DNA of 64,000 nt from the human T2T-CHM13v2.0 reference genome, Homo sapiens: assembly GCF_009914755.1 (NCBI RefSeq), contig NC_060939.1. One strand, written 5' to 3'. Positions 12,956 to 25,449 of the stretch are shown here, piece by piece. Under the pieces are notes generated by a model that was not told the DNA's origin, searched no databases, and saw only the letters and a program-made list of their open reading frames with translations. The position numbers were made by a program, and so were the translations under genes. Each line of letters begins with the position of its first letter. Position 1 is the stretch's first letter.

Positions 12956-13740
12956 TGTCCTCCACACAGATAGAAGGGCTGGAACATGGCGCAGTGGTGC
13001 CTGTCATCCCCTGCCCTGCCCTGCCCTGGCTCCCAGCTCCACTCCCATCCAGAGCAGCACAGACTGACCCTTGCTTCTCACCTCTCAGGAAGACGTGGCA
13101 GGAAGGCCAGTGGGGTCAGCTTGTTTAGCCTTGTCTGGTCACAGATTGGGCTCGGAGGCTCGGATATGATAGGACAGAGCCTAGCATCACTTGACGAGGT
13201 GGGGGCAGGCCTAGGACCTGAACTATCACAGACTCCCAACTCTGGACCTTGACGGCTCCCTGACTGAGTTAATATTTCCTCTCTGTCCCTCCTCACTTCT
13301 CCAGATGCCTACGGAGCCTCCTGGTGCTCTACCCCACCTCCAGCTCCCTCCTGCCTCTCCTCTCCTTCTTAGAGCTCCATGAAGAAAGGCCCCAGCTCGA
13401 TGAAGGTGGGGAATGAGAGGGGGAGCAGGGCCCAGGAGACCAGCACCCCTGCCCTGGATCTGCAGCTGACATCTAGGTGACCATGCCCTGTATCTGGGCC
13501 TCCCTACTCTGAATCTGACAGTCTGTCTATATCACTCCCTCCCACCTCCCCCAGCCAGAATTTTCAAGAGCAAGTAGCATCTCTGGGAGCCAGAGCCAGA
13601 AGGGTAGGGTAGTGAGAGTGAGCAGGACAGGCTTGGGCCAAGGATATAGGACTGAGTGGGTCTGCTCCTTCTTATTCCAAATAAAACCTTCCCTTGACCC
13701 TGGCTCTCCTCTGCCATGGCCAGATCTGTCCCAGTCTCAC

Positions 13741-14040
13741 TTCTTTTTTTAATTTTTCCAGAGACAGAGTCTCCCTCTGTTACCCAGGCTGGAGTACGGT
13801 GACAGGATCACAGCTCACTGCAGCCTTGAACTGCTGGGCTTAAGTGATCCTCCCACCTCAGCCTCCCCAGTAGCTAGGACCACAGATGTGCACCACCATG
13901 CCCGGTTATTTTTTAAAAATTTTTGGAGAGATGGGGTCTTGCTGTGTTGCCCAGGCTGATCACAAACTCCTGGCCTCAGGTGATCTTCCTTCCCACCTTG
14001 GCCCCAGTCCCAATTACTGAGAGTTGTGTACATTCACTGC
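13741..14040 (-). mobile_element. AluJ
   Basis: gagacagagtctccctctgttacccaggctgg...gctcactgcagccttgaactgctgggcttaagtgatcctccc; 5' end degraded. Confidence 0.9.
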
Positions 14041-14094
14041 CCCCGTCTCTGACTTCCTCCCCACGCCTCTGCCCTCTGTTTTTTATGTCTCCCA

Positions 14095-14400
14095 GATAAA
14101 ACGATTCTTACTGAGGTCACCAGCAACCTCTAAGTTGCTGAACAAAGTGAGCGCTCTGTTCAGGGGGTCTGGGCATGGATCTACCTGACAGCTTCTCTCC
14201 TTCCTGCAGTGGCACTGGCTCCTGGGTTTCCTCCTCCCTGCTCCCTCTTGGGACTGGGTGCTCCCCTCCCATCCCTGAAGAATCTCAGGGTTTGGCTTAA
14301 GCCCTCTTCTCTTTCTTCTCACTTGACGCGCCCTCCCCTGGTGAGCCCACCTCTCTCGTGGTTGGAAAGTGATCTATCCCAAATTACTATCTTAGCTCAG
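14095..14400 (+). mobile_element. L2 fragment
   Basis: aggtcaccagcaacctctaagttgctgaa...ctcctgggtttcctcctccc. Confidence 0.55.
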
Positions 14401-14424
14401 CCCTCTCCCTTGAGTGCATGTAGG

Positions 14425-14775
14425 TCCAGCCAGGGAGTGACATGGTTAGACTTACACTTTAGAAAGGCAACTGTTACTGTAGTGTGGCAGGAAAGGATGA
14501 TGGTGGAGACAGAGGAACCCCTGAGGTGGCTGTTCTAAGTCTCAGCGGAAAAACATTCAGGCCTGTGGCTGAAGAAATGGGGAGCAGGGGGTGATCCACT
14601 GGACGGGGAGGCTTTGGGGATTGATTTCCTAGGGGCACGTTCCAGGGCAATGTCCCATTGTCAAGTTGGACCTCTGAGTGCCTTTGGCTGAAACTGGCAA
14701 CGTCAGGGAGAAGCAGGCTTCCAGGGAGTGTTCAGGCTGTTGGGTTGAGTTCAAGGTGCCTACAGGGACATTCAG
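14425..14775 (-). mobile_element. L2 fragment, opposite orientation to the previous one
   Basis: cagggagtgacatggttagacttacactttagaaagg...gttgagttcaaggtgcctacagggacattc. Confidence 0.6.
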
Positions 14776-15379
14776 AAGGAGAAGGAAGGTAGGTGACTCC
14801 CCCAAATTGCTACAGCCAGCTTGTAGCCCTGCCATTCAGGGTAGAGGTCATCAGCATGCAAGGAGCTAGGCGGTGACTGCATGCCCAGAAGCACTGCTAC
14901 AGATAAGACAGCCAGGAGGATGTGGGAGAGCAGAAGGCACTGCATTCGACCCTGGTGATTCATGCCTAATTTGGCCAGTGAAATCTGTGAGCCAGACCAC
15001 ATGCCCTGCCTTGTCAAACAAGGAAAGAAGTGTGGAGATTGAGGGTCAGAGACTCTAACTGAATCCCAACCTCACTAATAGACTGAGCCCTGATCCTGCT
15101 CACAGTCTGAGCCCTCATCCTTGTCACAGTCCAAGGAAACAGGACTACCCAGCTGGAGGCTCTTAGGTAACACCTTCCTGTTTCCATTTCCCCTTTTCTC
15201 CCCTGAGGTAAGGATGAAGGAGAGGGAGCTTAGTAGTGCCAAGGAAGCAAGCCTGGAGTACTGAAGGCAAGATAGAGAAAGCACTTCCAATGTGCATGCC
15301 CAGGAATCCTCAGCTTTTTGGGGGTTCATGGCATACATGTGAACACTGGAACTTTCAGTGGCACCATTGAGAAAAGACT

Positions 15380-15686
<307 letters not shown>

Positions 15687-15919
15687 AGATTCAAAACCAC
15701 CCTAAAGGAGCCAGCGGCAGTGTCCTTGTGGTCATCACTGTGGCATCAGATGCTTCACATGCTTGCAAAAGCTCATCAGTTACTACTGAGCTGTCTGGGT
15801 CCTCAGGACACAATTGCCTTTAGATGGAGCTATTTACTGTCCTGGGTATACTGCTGTCCCTGTATCACTGCATCCTGTGACATACTGGGCATAGACAGAA
15901 GAGTTCCCTTAATGAGTTC

Positions 15920-16135
15920 TAGGGTGGTGGTTAGGAGTTCCAAGCTCTGAGTTCCAGACTGCCTGGAATTCAAATCCTGACTCTGCCCATCCCAGCTGTG
16001 CGATCATGGGCAAGCTGCTTCACCTCTCTGTGCCTTAGTTTCCTCATCTGAAAGTGGGGGTGATAATAGCACTTACCCCCTAGGGAGTTCACTTATATTA
16101 AGTGCTTAGTGCCTGGCATGTGGTGAGTGCTCTCT
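15920..16135 (+). mobile_element. MIR SINE, near full length
   Basis: ttcaaatcctgactctgcc...gggcaagctgcttcacctctctgtgccttagtttcctcatctg...gtgcctggcatgtggtgagtgctc. Confidence 0.85.
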
Positions 16136-16424
16136 TAGGGTTGGGCGTTGCTATAACTTTGCTTATTGATGCATGCTTGGCTGACACTGTAAAGATCACA
16201 ACACCTCAGAGAGGCCAGTATTCAGGCTCTGGGAGACCAGTACAGTTCGAGGGCAATTAATTGCTGTCTACTCTGTGCTGGGCGCTGGTGACACAGAGAG
16301 AAAACTCCACATTCCTGCTCTCAGGGGGTATACTGTCTGTGAAGAGATCGTCCTAACACACACTGTGTGTGCTGTGTTGGGGGGAATGTGAGTGAAATGG
16401 ACTCTGTTGGGGGGGATGATGGGT

Positions 16425-16640
16425 GTTCATAACAAATACATTTATTGCGTGCCTACTGCGTACCAGGCCCTGCTCTGGGGACTTTACACATATTACATAA
16501 TCCTTACAAGAGGGTAATATATAACATTATCATAATTTTCATCCTTGTCTTATAGATATCTTTGAGGCTCAGAAAGGGTGGGACTGGAGAGGCCTGAAGC
16601 TTTTCTGTGCCAGGCAATGTTGTGAGCAGAGGTGTGACTG
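16425..16640 (-). mobile_element. MIR SINE
   Basis: acatttattgcgtgcctactgcgtaccagg...gaggctcagaaagg. Confidence 0.65.
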
Positions 16641-17297
16641 AGGCTTGGGGGCCCAGGGGGCTGCCTGGCCGAGGGGGCCTATGCCAGGCGTGGGTGTGGG
16701 CGAGAGACTTGATAGAGGTCTTCAAGGTCAGGCCGAGGCACTGTGCTTACTGGTCACTTGCGCTTGAACCAGGCAGGGCTCCAGTGTGGAAGAGCAGGGC
16801 AGGGACTACCATTCCCCCAGGCCTAGCCCTGAACATCAGGACTAATCGTGAGTGCGTCCTATACCCCAGAGCTCTGCGATGAGTGTGAGTCCAGGTGTGT
16901 ACACGGATAGGTATGCCAGTGTGGGCAAGGTGGGCTTGTCTCCTTAGGGGTCTTATCCCTTAAGTCCCCTCCACCCATAGACCCAGGCGGGGCAGGGCTC
17001 AGGAAGGAGGGCACCTTCTTCCTGAGGGTGGGAGGGGTGGGCAGGGTCAGAAGAAGGGGTGGAGGGAAGATGCTGCTGCCATGGGAGGGCCTAGAGGCGG
17101 AGCGGGCGGCCTGGGGACTTCCTGCTCAGCTTCCTGCTTGGCCCCAGGAGCTTCCTCCCAGCACTGCGGCCCCAAGACCCTGACAACCTCCACCCTCAGA
17201 CGGGAGAGGAGAGGCTGAGTGCCGGCTACCAGGCAGGAGGTGGGGACGCTGGATGCCTGTACCTCCCGGCGCCTCCTGCCCCCCACTCACCTCCCCT

Positions 17298-17412
17298 GCA
17301 CAATTAGCGGGCTCTTGTCTCTAATTGATTCCTCTGGTACTCACAGGACAATTAGAATTTAAATTGCCTTTTACAAAGGTCACAAAAACATGATCAAAGA
17401 GGGATCTATTAG
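17298..17412. promoter_or_regulatory. Candidate enhancer (homeodomain, NR4A and TCF motifs)
   Basis: CAATTAG x2, TAATTGATT 17322-17330, AAAGGTCA 17375-17382, GATCAAAG 17392-17399. Confidence 0.45.
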
Positions 17413-18749
17413 AGGGGCGGGGGCCGCTTCTCCTTCCCAGCCTCCCAGAGCCGTAGAGGCAGAGGCCAGGCCTTTGAGGAACCATCACCACGTGTGCGGG
17501 GCCCTTCTATCACCACACAGTCTTCCCCAAGCCTTCCTGGTCCCGGCTGTGTGAAGGGTGGGGGAAGGGTAAGTCCAACCCCCGACTCTTTCCCCACCAT
17601 GGGGGGTTTGAGGCCTCATCTCTGCTCCTCCCACAGCTGTCTCCTTGTTCCTTCCTCAGCCTGCACCCTGCTGGCCCCATGACCTTGCTCTAACTGTGCT
17701 TCAGATGGCCAGATCCCGTCCCTCACCAGCTCTGTGACCTTCCCTACGCTACCTGCCCCCTCCAAGCCTCAGTGGTGGCATCTGTGAAACGGAGCCAATG
17801 CGTTCTGCTTCCTAAGGGTGGGAGGTACCACAGGAAGAACTCCTGCACCCCTCCACCTCGGAGCGTTGCTTCTCTCCCTGCACGTCTGCCTCCTCCAGGA
17901 AGCCAGCTCTGGGGCTCACACTCTGGCTGCTGCCCGGCAGCTACTGTGGCCTGTACCTGCCCAGGGATGAGGAGGCCGCCCCCATGCCAGGGTACAGGAC
18001 AGGGATTGCCCACTCCTTCCACGGTATCCCGCAGCAGCCTGCACAGGGCTAGGCACATGGGGAGCGTGGAGGTTTGGGGCGTGGATCCAAGAGACAGATG
18101 GGGAGGTTGGCTGAGACAGCCAGGTCCCCACGCCAGGAGCTCCCCCTCTGGCAGGATAGATAGCAGCGTCACCAGCTCACTTGGGGTCAGGTCTGGGGGC
18201 CGTTGCTCTGCGTTCTGGCCTCCCCGGGGGCACCACAGGGGCACCACAGGGGCTTGGCTGGGTCTCTGGCAGCCACACTGACTCAGATTCTCAATCTTGG
18301 GTACTCTTGGGATTGCTGGGGTGGGGTTTGGGGCTGGAGGAGGCTGGATGGGGTGGCCTTGGTGTGTCAGGAGGCCTCTTTTGGACCAGCCTAGTTGTTG
18401 AGGCCAGCTTGGCCTGGCTCAGCTGCTGGGGTTGGGGGTAGGGTGGACAGCAAGGGGCCAGGAGGAGCTTGGCTTCCTGGAGGCCTCCAGACCCTGAGCC
18501 CACGCAGCTGGGTCTGAGAGGATACCTTGGAAGCAGCCCCAGCTCCACCCAGTTTCTACCACCCAAGCCAGGAGGGCTGCCCCTGGAGAGCAGGTGACAG
18601 TGCCCATCATGCCAGACTGGCTAGTGGAGGGAAGTGGGGACAAGGCACAGCTGCCTTCTAGACCCTATCAGACTTCAGAAAGGGAGTGGGGTCCACTGGG
18701 TATCTGCAATGTGCCCGTCCCTGGCTGCAGGCTTTAGGAGTCTTGCCTC

Positions 18750-18890
18750 ACAGAATCTTTCCAGCAATCTTATAGGTCACCATTTCACAATGAGAAAACA
18801 GGCTCAGAGAGGCTGAGCATCTTGCCCAAGGTTGCACAGTGAGGGAAGAACAGAGCTGGAATTTAAACCCCGGCTTGCCCAGTTCCACGG
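18750..18890 (-). mobile_element. MIR SINE
   Basis: catttcacaatgagaaaacaggctcagagaggctgagcatcttgcccaaggttgcacag. Confidence 0.8.
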
Positions 18891-19675
18891 AGAAACCCTG
18901 GATGGCCCAGCTCCGTGGCTGGTACTGGTTGTAAGGAATCTCATTATTTTGGGACACAAAACCAGCATCAGGAGCAGCACAGGTGGTAGAATCTCTTGAG
19001 GCTCCACTTGGGAGGGTGGGGTGGGGCACGGAGCCCAGCACGGAGTCTGTGTGGCTTTGGGGAGGGGTGGGCAAGACATCAGTATTCCTGCTCACTCTAC
19101 TGTGGCCCCCAAGGTCAGGAGACATCATCATTCCTCAGTTAGAAGCGGGCAGGGAGCCTCAGGGCGGGGAGGATTACCCAGGTAATCCAGCCTGATTACC
19201 AGACCTAGCAGAACTTCATCTGGATGCTGGAGGAGGCAGCTGTGGGGCTGAGGCCGGCAGCACAGTCAATGAACACCCAGCCCCCTGACCTGGTGTGAGC
19301 TGGGGTCCACTGCCAGCCTCTGAGGAAGTCCCTATTAAAGAGGAGAGGCAGGAGGGGTGGGGGAGGACAGGACCACTCGGGATCCTCAGAGGAGGCAAGG
19401 GAGGCTGCCCTCCTTGCCAGTGCATCTCAGGGTAGAAACCTGGCAGAGCCATCTGTCCACACCCCTGCCTTAGTCCTCAGTCCTGCCCTGTTAGCAGAAG
19501 GGAGGTGTTTCAGAGTGGGGTGAGATGCTGGGGCTGCCCAGGGAGAGGACAGAAGGGCTGCTCTTGTCTGTGGCACCCTCACTGGCGGGGCTTCTTGCTC
19601 TAACCCTGCGTCTCTCCAGAGCAGGGTGGGGTTGGGCATTCCACTAGTACTTGAGGCATGAGAAGGTCTTTCCAG

Positions 19676-19796
19676 GGCCATAAATCCCATAGGCCCAGGC
19701 GAGCAGGCCCGCAAAGCTGTTGTGACAGCAGTGGTTAAATTAAGTGGCCGTCTTGGAGCCAGGCGGGGCAGGTTTCCTGAGCCAGGATTTATGGCC
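19676..19796. promoter_or_regulatory. Candidate HOX-PBX-MEIS module
   Basis: Inverted 12-mers GGCCATAAATCC (19676-19687) and GGATTTATGGCC (19785-19796) flank TGACAG (19723-19728). Confidence 0.5.
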
Positions 19797-20910
19797 TGCC
19801 TGCCCCATTGACTGCCCAAGCGGCCTGCCTGAGGGAGGCCCATTCACAGCCACCGGGAGCTCCTACCATGTGGGAGAACCAGCTGGGGCTGCTGTGCCTG
19901 GGCCACGGGAACTGGGGGCCTCTGAGTGCTGGCATCCCAAAGCCGCACCACTGCCTGCTTTTGTCCTCAAAAGAGGATCCCAAGGCCCAGGGAGGGCATG
20001 AGATCACATGGGGCCTGGCTCAGTCTTAGATTCCTGAATGATGCAGCCACACTGCTCTGTTCAGGATGTTGCTCAGGTGTGCGGCCTCTGAGGCCCTGGC
20101 TGGCCTGGCCCAACGAGTGAGGAACCCTAGGTGTAGGGTTCCTTTACCTTCTCACAACCTTCTTGGGACAGGTGGGGTCCTTCTGACCCCGGCCCCTTAG
20201 GCCTTCCTTCTCTCCTGGAGTCTAGCCAGTGGCGACAGAGCAGGAGGCAGGGGCTGCCCCTGCCTGGCTTCATCCTCATATGCACATGCCTGTGTCCAAG
20301 CACGTGTGTTGGGAAGCAACATAAATGTGCCAGCATCTCAGGTCATGTTAGGGTGAGACACTGTGCTTGGGGCATTTCATCTGTAGAACCCACTGACCTG
20401 GACATTGTTAGATATTTACTTGGAACAAACAGAACATCAACAATAACAATAAAGAATCAATACACAAAACATAAAACATGTGGGATTGGAGTCCTCCAAA
20501 GCAGCCTTGAACCAGTCTGTTCCAAGCAATGGTGTGGACTTGGCCCCCTAGGTCCACAAGACATTTCAGCTAATAAGTCCAGAAGGGTGACACCCTCACT
20601 CCACCTCCCACCCCGAACCCTCAACAGATTTATGCCCAAGCTGGAGAGCAGGACCTCCCCCTTCCCTGGTGCTCATTGCTGGGACCCTCCGAAGTCACGT
20701 TAACCAGGGGAAAACTGCATTGCGGGTGGCCAGTGACCACTACTCAAATAATTAAGTCACATTCGCTTGAAGATGTCCTTGAGCAGGAGCACAGGTGGCA
20801 CTGGGGAGTGCCACCTATCTCAGGAGGGCTGTCTGTGTGGGCCTCACCTGCAGGGCAGCCTCTAGGCCTCGGACAGTGTCTGGGCTGTGCTCCTCAGGTG
20901 TGACCCAAGC

Positions 20911-21019
20911 CCGGGCCACACCCTGCTCTGGACAGCTCCTACCTGTCCAGGCCACACCCTGCTCTGGACAGCTCTTACCTGTCCGGGCCACACCCTGCTC
21001 TGGACAGCTGTTACCTGTC
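20911..21019. repeat. 36-bp minisatellite x3 (candidate VNTR)
   Basis: ccgggccacaccctgctctggacagctcctacctgt repeated three times with 1-2 substitutions between copies. Confidence 0.95.
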
Positions 21020-21849
21020 TTGGCTCTCCGAGGTCTGGAGGCTGCAGGTCTCAGTCAGATTCCCTGCTGGAGGTCAAGTCTGTCAGGAAGGCCAGGAGGG
21101 GCTCCCTGTCACCAGAGCAAGGGCTCAGCCTGGCTCCATGTCACTTCAGGCTCAAGCCCCAGCCAGCCTTTCCATACCCTTCTCCCTCTGTGCCTCAGTG
21201 TGCACAAGCTCAAGGACTTGCTGGTGTCATTTGGACCTCGTACTTTCCGACTCCCTAGCCTTGGCTGAAGCTGTTACGTCCTCCTGGAAGGACTGCCTCC
21301 CCCAACCCCTCCACCGCAATCTCCACCTTTTCTGGTCCTCTCCATCCACAAGGCCCAGGGCTACAGCCTGCTGTTCCTCCCTGGAGAGGATCTGGCCCTC
21401 ACACTGCGGGGTGTGGGGTGCTGGGCTTTCCCTGCAGTTCAAAGAACCCTGATCTGGGATGAGTATAAACAAAAGGCCCATTTTACCCTGTGGGATCCTC
21501 GGTGGCCTCATCTATAAAATGGAGAGAATAGCCTTGCTCCTCCCCTTGCTTCCGCAGCCCTCCATGCTCTGCCCTGTCCACTGTAGTCCTCAGGCTTAAA
21601 AAAAAAGAGAAGCCAGCAGGGGAGGGTGGGGTAGCCTGGGGCAAAGCAGTGCCCGGTGTGTGAGGATGCAGTTCAGAGGGGAGGGGAGGGGACCTGGCTG
21701 AGGCCGGATGGTCTGTGAGCAAACTGGAGGGGCTAGAGGGGAGAAGAGCGGGTTCTGTCCGCTTTAGGGCCCGTGAATGCTGACGGTTTGGTAGGCAAAG
21801 GCAAGGAGGTGAGAGCTTTTGCTGCCAGAGCCTAGGGAGCAGGCAGGGG

Positions 21850-22225
21850 CTGTGTGTACATCTGGTATGTCTGTGTGTACATGTGTGTATGAATAGTGTG
21901 TTGTATGGCTGTTAATTGTACGACATGCAAATATGACCATGCATATGTACCCATGTGTATCTGTGCCTGTGTGAGCATGTATATGTGTCTATGGCTATGT
22001 CTATGGTGTGTGTGTAACATGTCTGAGTTTGCATGTACATATGATGTGTGTATATGTATAATATGTGTGTGTGAGTTGTGTGATTTTGTGTAGGGTGTGT
22101 GTAGGGAGTGGGCATGTGTGTTTGCTTTTGTGTGTGTGCATATGTGTGTGTCTGTGTGCACGTGTGTGTATTTGTGTGTGTGTATTTGTGTGCGTGCATG
22201 TGTGTGTGTGAGAGAGAGAGATGCA
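21850..22225. repeat. Degenerate (TG)n/(TGTA)n low-complexity tract
   Basis: Mostly alternating purine-pyrimidine sequence over ~375 bp. Confidence 0.9.
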
Positions 22226-25200
22226 TGTCCTCGTTCCCGTGATCATCAAGCCTCCTTACCCAGCACCCTTGACCCTGGATCTGTCCTGTGATCCTTCACA
22301 GCCCACAATTGCCCTAGACATGTGCAGAGACCACCCACTGCCCCCCACCGGCAGCCTGTCCCCTCCCACCGCTGCTCCTAGACTGTCCTGAATGAACCCA
22401 GAACATGGGACCCATTGCTTCCCTCCCTCTTGTGCCCCACTTCTCTTAACAAAGCCTGACGTCTCCAGAGCATAGGTCATTAGGGTGGCCTTTCCTCCTC
22501 CGAACTCTGTCCCCCGCCCCAGACCCTGCACAACTCTCTCATTCCAACCCTCTTGCTGGAAGGGGCCGGGTCCTATTGCCTAGAAAGAGAAGCAGAGAGG
22601 CAGGGGACAGAGGTTCAGGGAATGATCTGCATCTGGCGGCCGAGAAGGGTCTCCAGGGAGGTTGCCCATCCTTGACTCAGAGTGAAACTAGTTTCAGGCC
22701 CATCTCAGGGAGCCTGGGCCTGTCCTCCTGGGGCCCACTGCCCTTCAAGTGACTGCCAGCACCTCCAGCCTCTCTGTTAGCTCTGCTCCAGGCCTGCTGC
22801 CTCCTGCTGCCTCACGGGAGAGATGACGAAGAAACGACAGACAGGTCAACCCACTCCTTCTATCCCCTCTGCCTTGATCTCATGCTCCTGATGGGCCAGC
22901 CACCTCCACTCAGGGGGGTCCTGGGCCCTGGGCTGAGGCCCTCTTGTGGTTTTCTCCCTCCCTAAAGTCCCAACTCCAGCCTCCAGGAGTTCCTCTCAGC
23001 TATAACACCCACTTTTCTCCACCTGCTTCCCCAGGTCCCCATTATTCATTCACTGGTGCCTGGCCCTGGCCCGCCCTGCTGGGGCACAGCAAGAAAGCAA
23101 AGCAGGCTTTCCACTGTGGGGACCAGCCTGAGGGCAGAGGAGAGGGACCCAGGCTCTGACTTCCGGGTGTCTCCCTGTCCTGGGAGTCAGAGGCCAGCAC
23201 ATAACACACATGTGTGCACACTCACCCACCCACACACATACACACACACGTGCATAAAGCACAGTGAGATGATGGGGAAATGAACCTGGTGGAGGACTTG
23301 GGTTGGGATAGAGCCAGCCCTTGGGGAGCGAGCGCAGAAGGACAGACCCCCCTGGAACCCCCTATCCAGATCAAGGGCTGGTGGAGGTGGAGCTTCCTGG
23401 CCAGGGCTCATCCTGGGGGCTCAGGCTGAAGAGGGAGCAGAGAGGGGCAGATGTGGAGATGAGAGCAGGAGGGGGCTCAGAGGAGGGAGCCAGATGGACA
23501 GTGTGTGAGGGAGCATGTTGGGAGGGGCCCGCAGCCCGGGGCAGTGGGGAGGGAGGAGGGGCTGCTGCTGGCCTGGCCAAGTCAGCTGAGCCGGACATCA
23601 AAGCTGAGTGTTCCCAGGATGCTGGTCTCCCTCCCACAGAGAGACAGATGTCCCTTTGATGGTGAGAAGAAAGGATGTTGTACAGCAAGGGTGGGGAGGG
23701 GTCGGGGGAGACCGAGTCTCCTCTTTGTGGCCATCCAGGCAATGGAGAGTCCATCATGAATGTCACGTCCTCCACTTCCAATGGACAGTGAAGCCGGACC
23801 CATCACTGGGGCTCCAACTGCCAAGGGAATGGCAGCTGTCCCGGGATCAGGGGTCGCCTACTGGCTACTTCCTCGCAGCTGAAGTCCAGTGGGGCCACTG
23901 TCCTGCTGGCTAAATGGGGGTCAGCCAGTCCTGCAATGACAGGACAGCCTTGTATGTTGGGAGCTAGAGCAGAGTAGGAACAGTGATCACTTCACCTCCC
24001 TGCGGCTACCTTGGCTATTATGTGTCTCACTAAGCCCATGTGTGTGTGCACACGTGTATGGGCCTCGAGAACGTGCATGCAGGGCCTCCACCCCCTGCCC
24101 CAGCTGGGCCTTCACTCCAGCAGGACCGAGACACTCTGCCCTTTCGGGCTGTGGGCTCCTCTGAGTCCTACCTCTACTCTGGGCTCACCTAGCTGCCCTG
24201 CCTGGAGCACCTGCAGCACCGGTGCTAGGCCATAGGATACCCTTGTAAGAATCAGCAAAGGCACTCCTTCCTCCAGACGCTTTTCTGCCAGTCTGCTGAA
24301 GAATGTCATGCTAAACATACACATCTAGGATGACCACAGTGCGGGCACCGCACTCTGCGGTAGTGAGGTGAGGGCCTTGAACCTCTCCCTGCCCCTTCTC
24401 TCAGCAACCCAAATCTACCAGACTTCTCCACGAAGCCCTTTGACCTCCAGCCTGGGGCCTGCACAGCACCTGATGTGAAGCCTGCATCCCACCCTTGGTG
24501 ACAGCAGTTTTGGACTTGGGCATCCCACCTAGGAGCCATGGTTACACGGTGGGGGACACTTTCACCAGTGGGGAGGTCAGTATTCTCTCCTCCACTGTCA
24601 CACCCCAGAGAGGGCCCACTCAGGGAGACCCAGCCAGGTCTCCATCAGTGCTGGAGGGGCCCTGGGGTGCAGGCAGCAGCCAGGTCACAGGCAGGTCCTG
24701 ATGGATTTTAGACCTTCGGCAGGGTGGGAAGAGCAGGCTCCTGCCAGCCATCTAGGGAAGAAGAGGGCTTGCTTCATGATCCAGCTCAAGAAGAAAATGC
24801 CTTAGAAAGGTCCCTGGTGCAGCTGAGCAGGCTCTGAAAGCCACAGGGCCTCTGCGGCCTTCTGAATCCAGGCTCTTTGGAAAGGCCCCTTTTGTATAGA
24901 GGGGAGCCTCACCACACCCTTCTGTCTGCACCCACTGGGAAGGCAGACCCCATGTCCCTTTTACCCCTAGGTCCCCCCATGCTACCCACCATACCAAGGT
25001 TCTGCCAGGCAGGTCTATGGAGATCCACAGACAGGCCCCTCGCCCCAATTCTGCTGTGCTTTGGCACCTGCTTCTGGGACTCCAGCCTGTGTGCCATCAG
25101 CCCCTCCAGGCTCTGCACACAGCACCCCCACCATGTACCATGATGCCAAGCTGTTCCAGAGCCCCCTGGCTGCCCTCGCATCTCCCCATATAAACAGAGG

Positions 25201-25449
25201 CTTGCACACTGCAGCGTCCACACCTGCTCCCAGACATGCCCAGACCCCGCGGGGCAGAAACTCAGCAGAGCTCCTCCTCATGTCCGGAGATATTCCTCAC
25301 CACCTTCCACCTGGGCCCAGTTTCCCTCTGCAACCTGGCAGAAAAACCCAGCCAGCCCCCTAACCCCGACCCTCAATCCCGTGGACTCAGCTCCCACCTC
25401 TTGGGAAAGAAAGTAGGAAATAAAAGGGAGGCAGGGGAGGGGGAGACAT

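Noticed and set aside
17285-17293. Strong minus-strand splice-donor-like GAG|GTGAGT
   Set aside because: No matching acceptor, exon or reading frame could be supported; such 9-mers occur by chance.
21832-22291. His/Thr-rich and Cys/Val-rich ORFs
   Set aside because: Translations of the TG/CA low-complexity tract.
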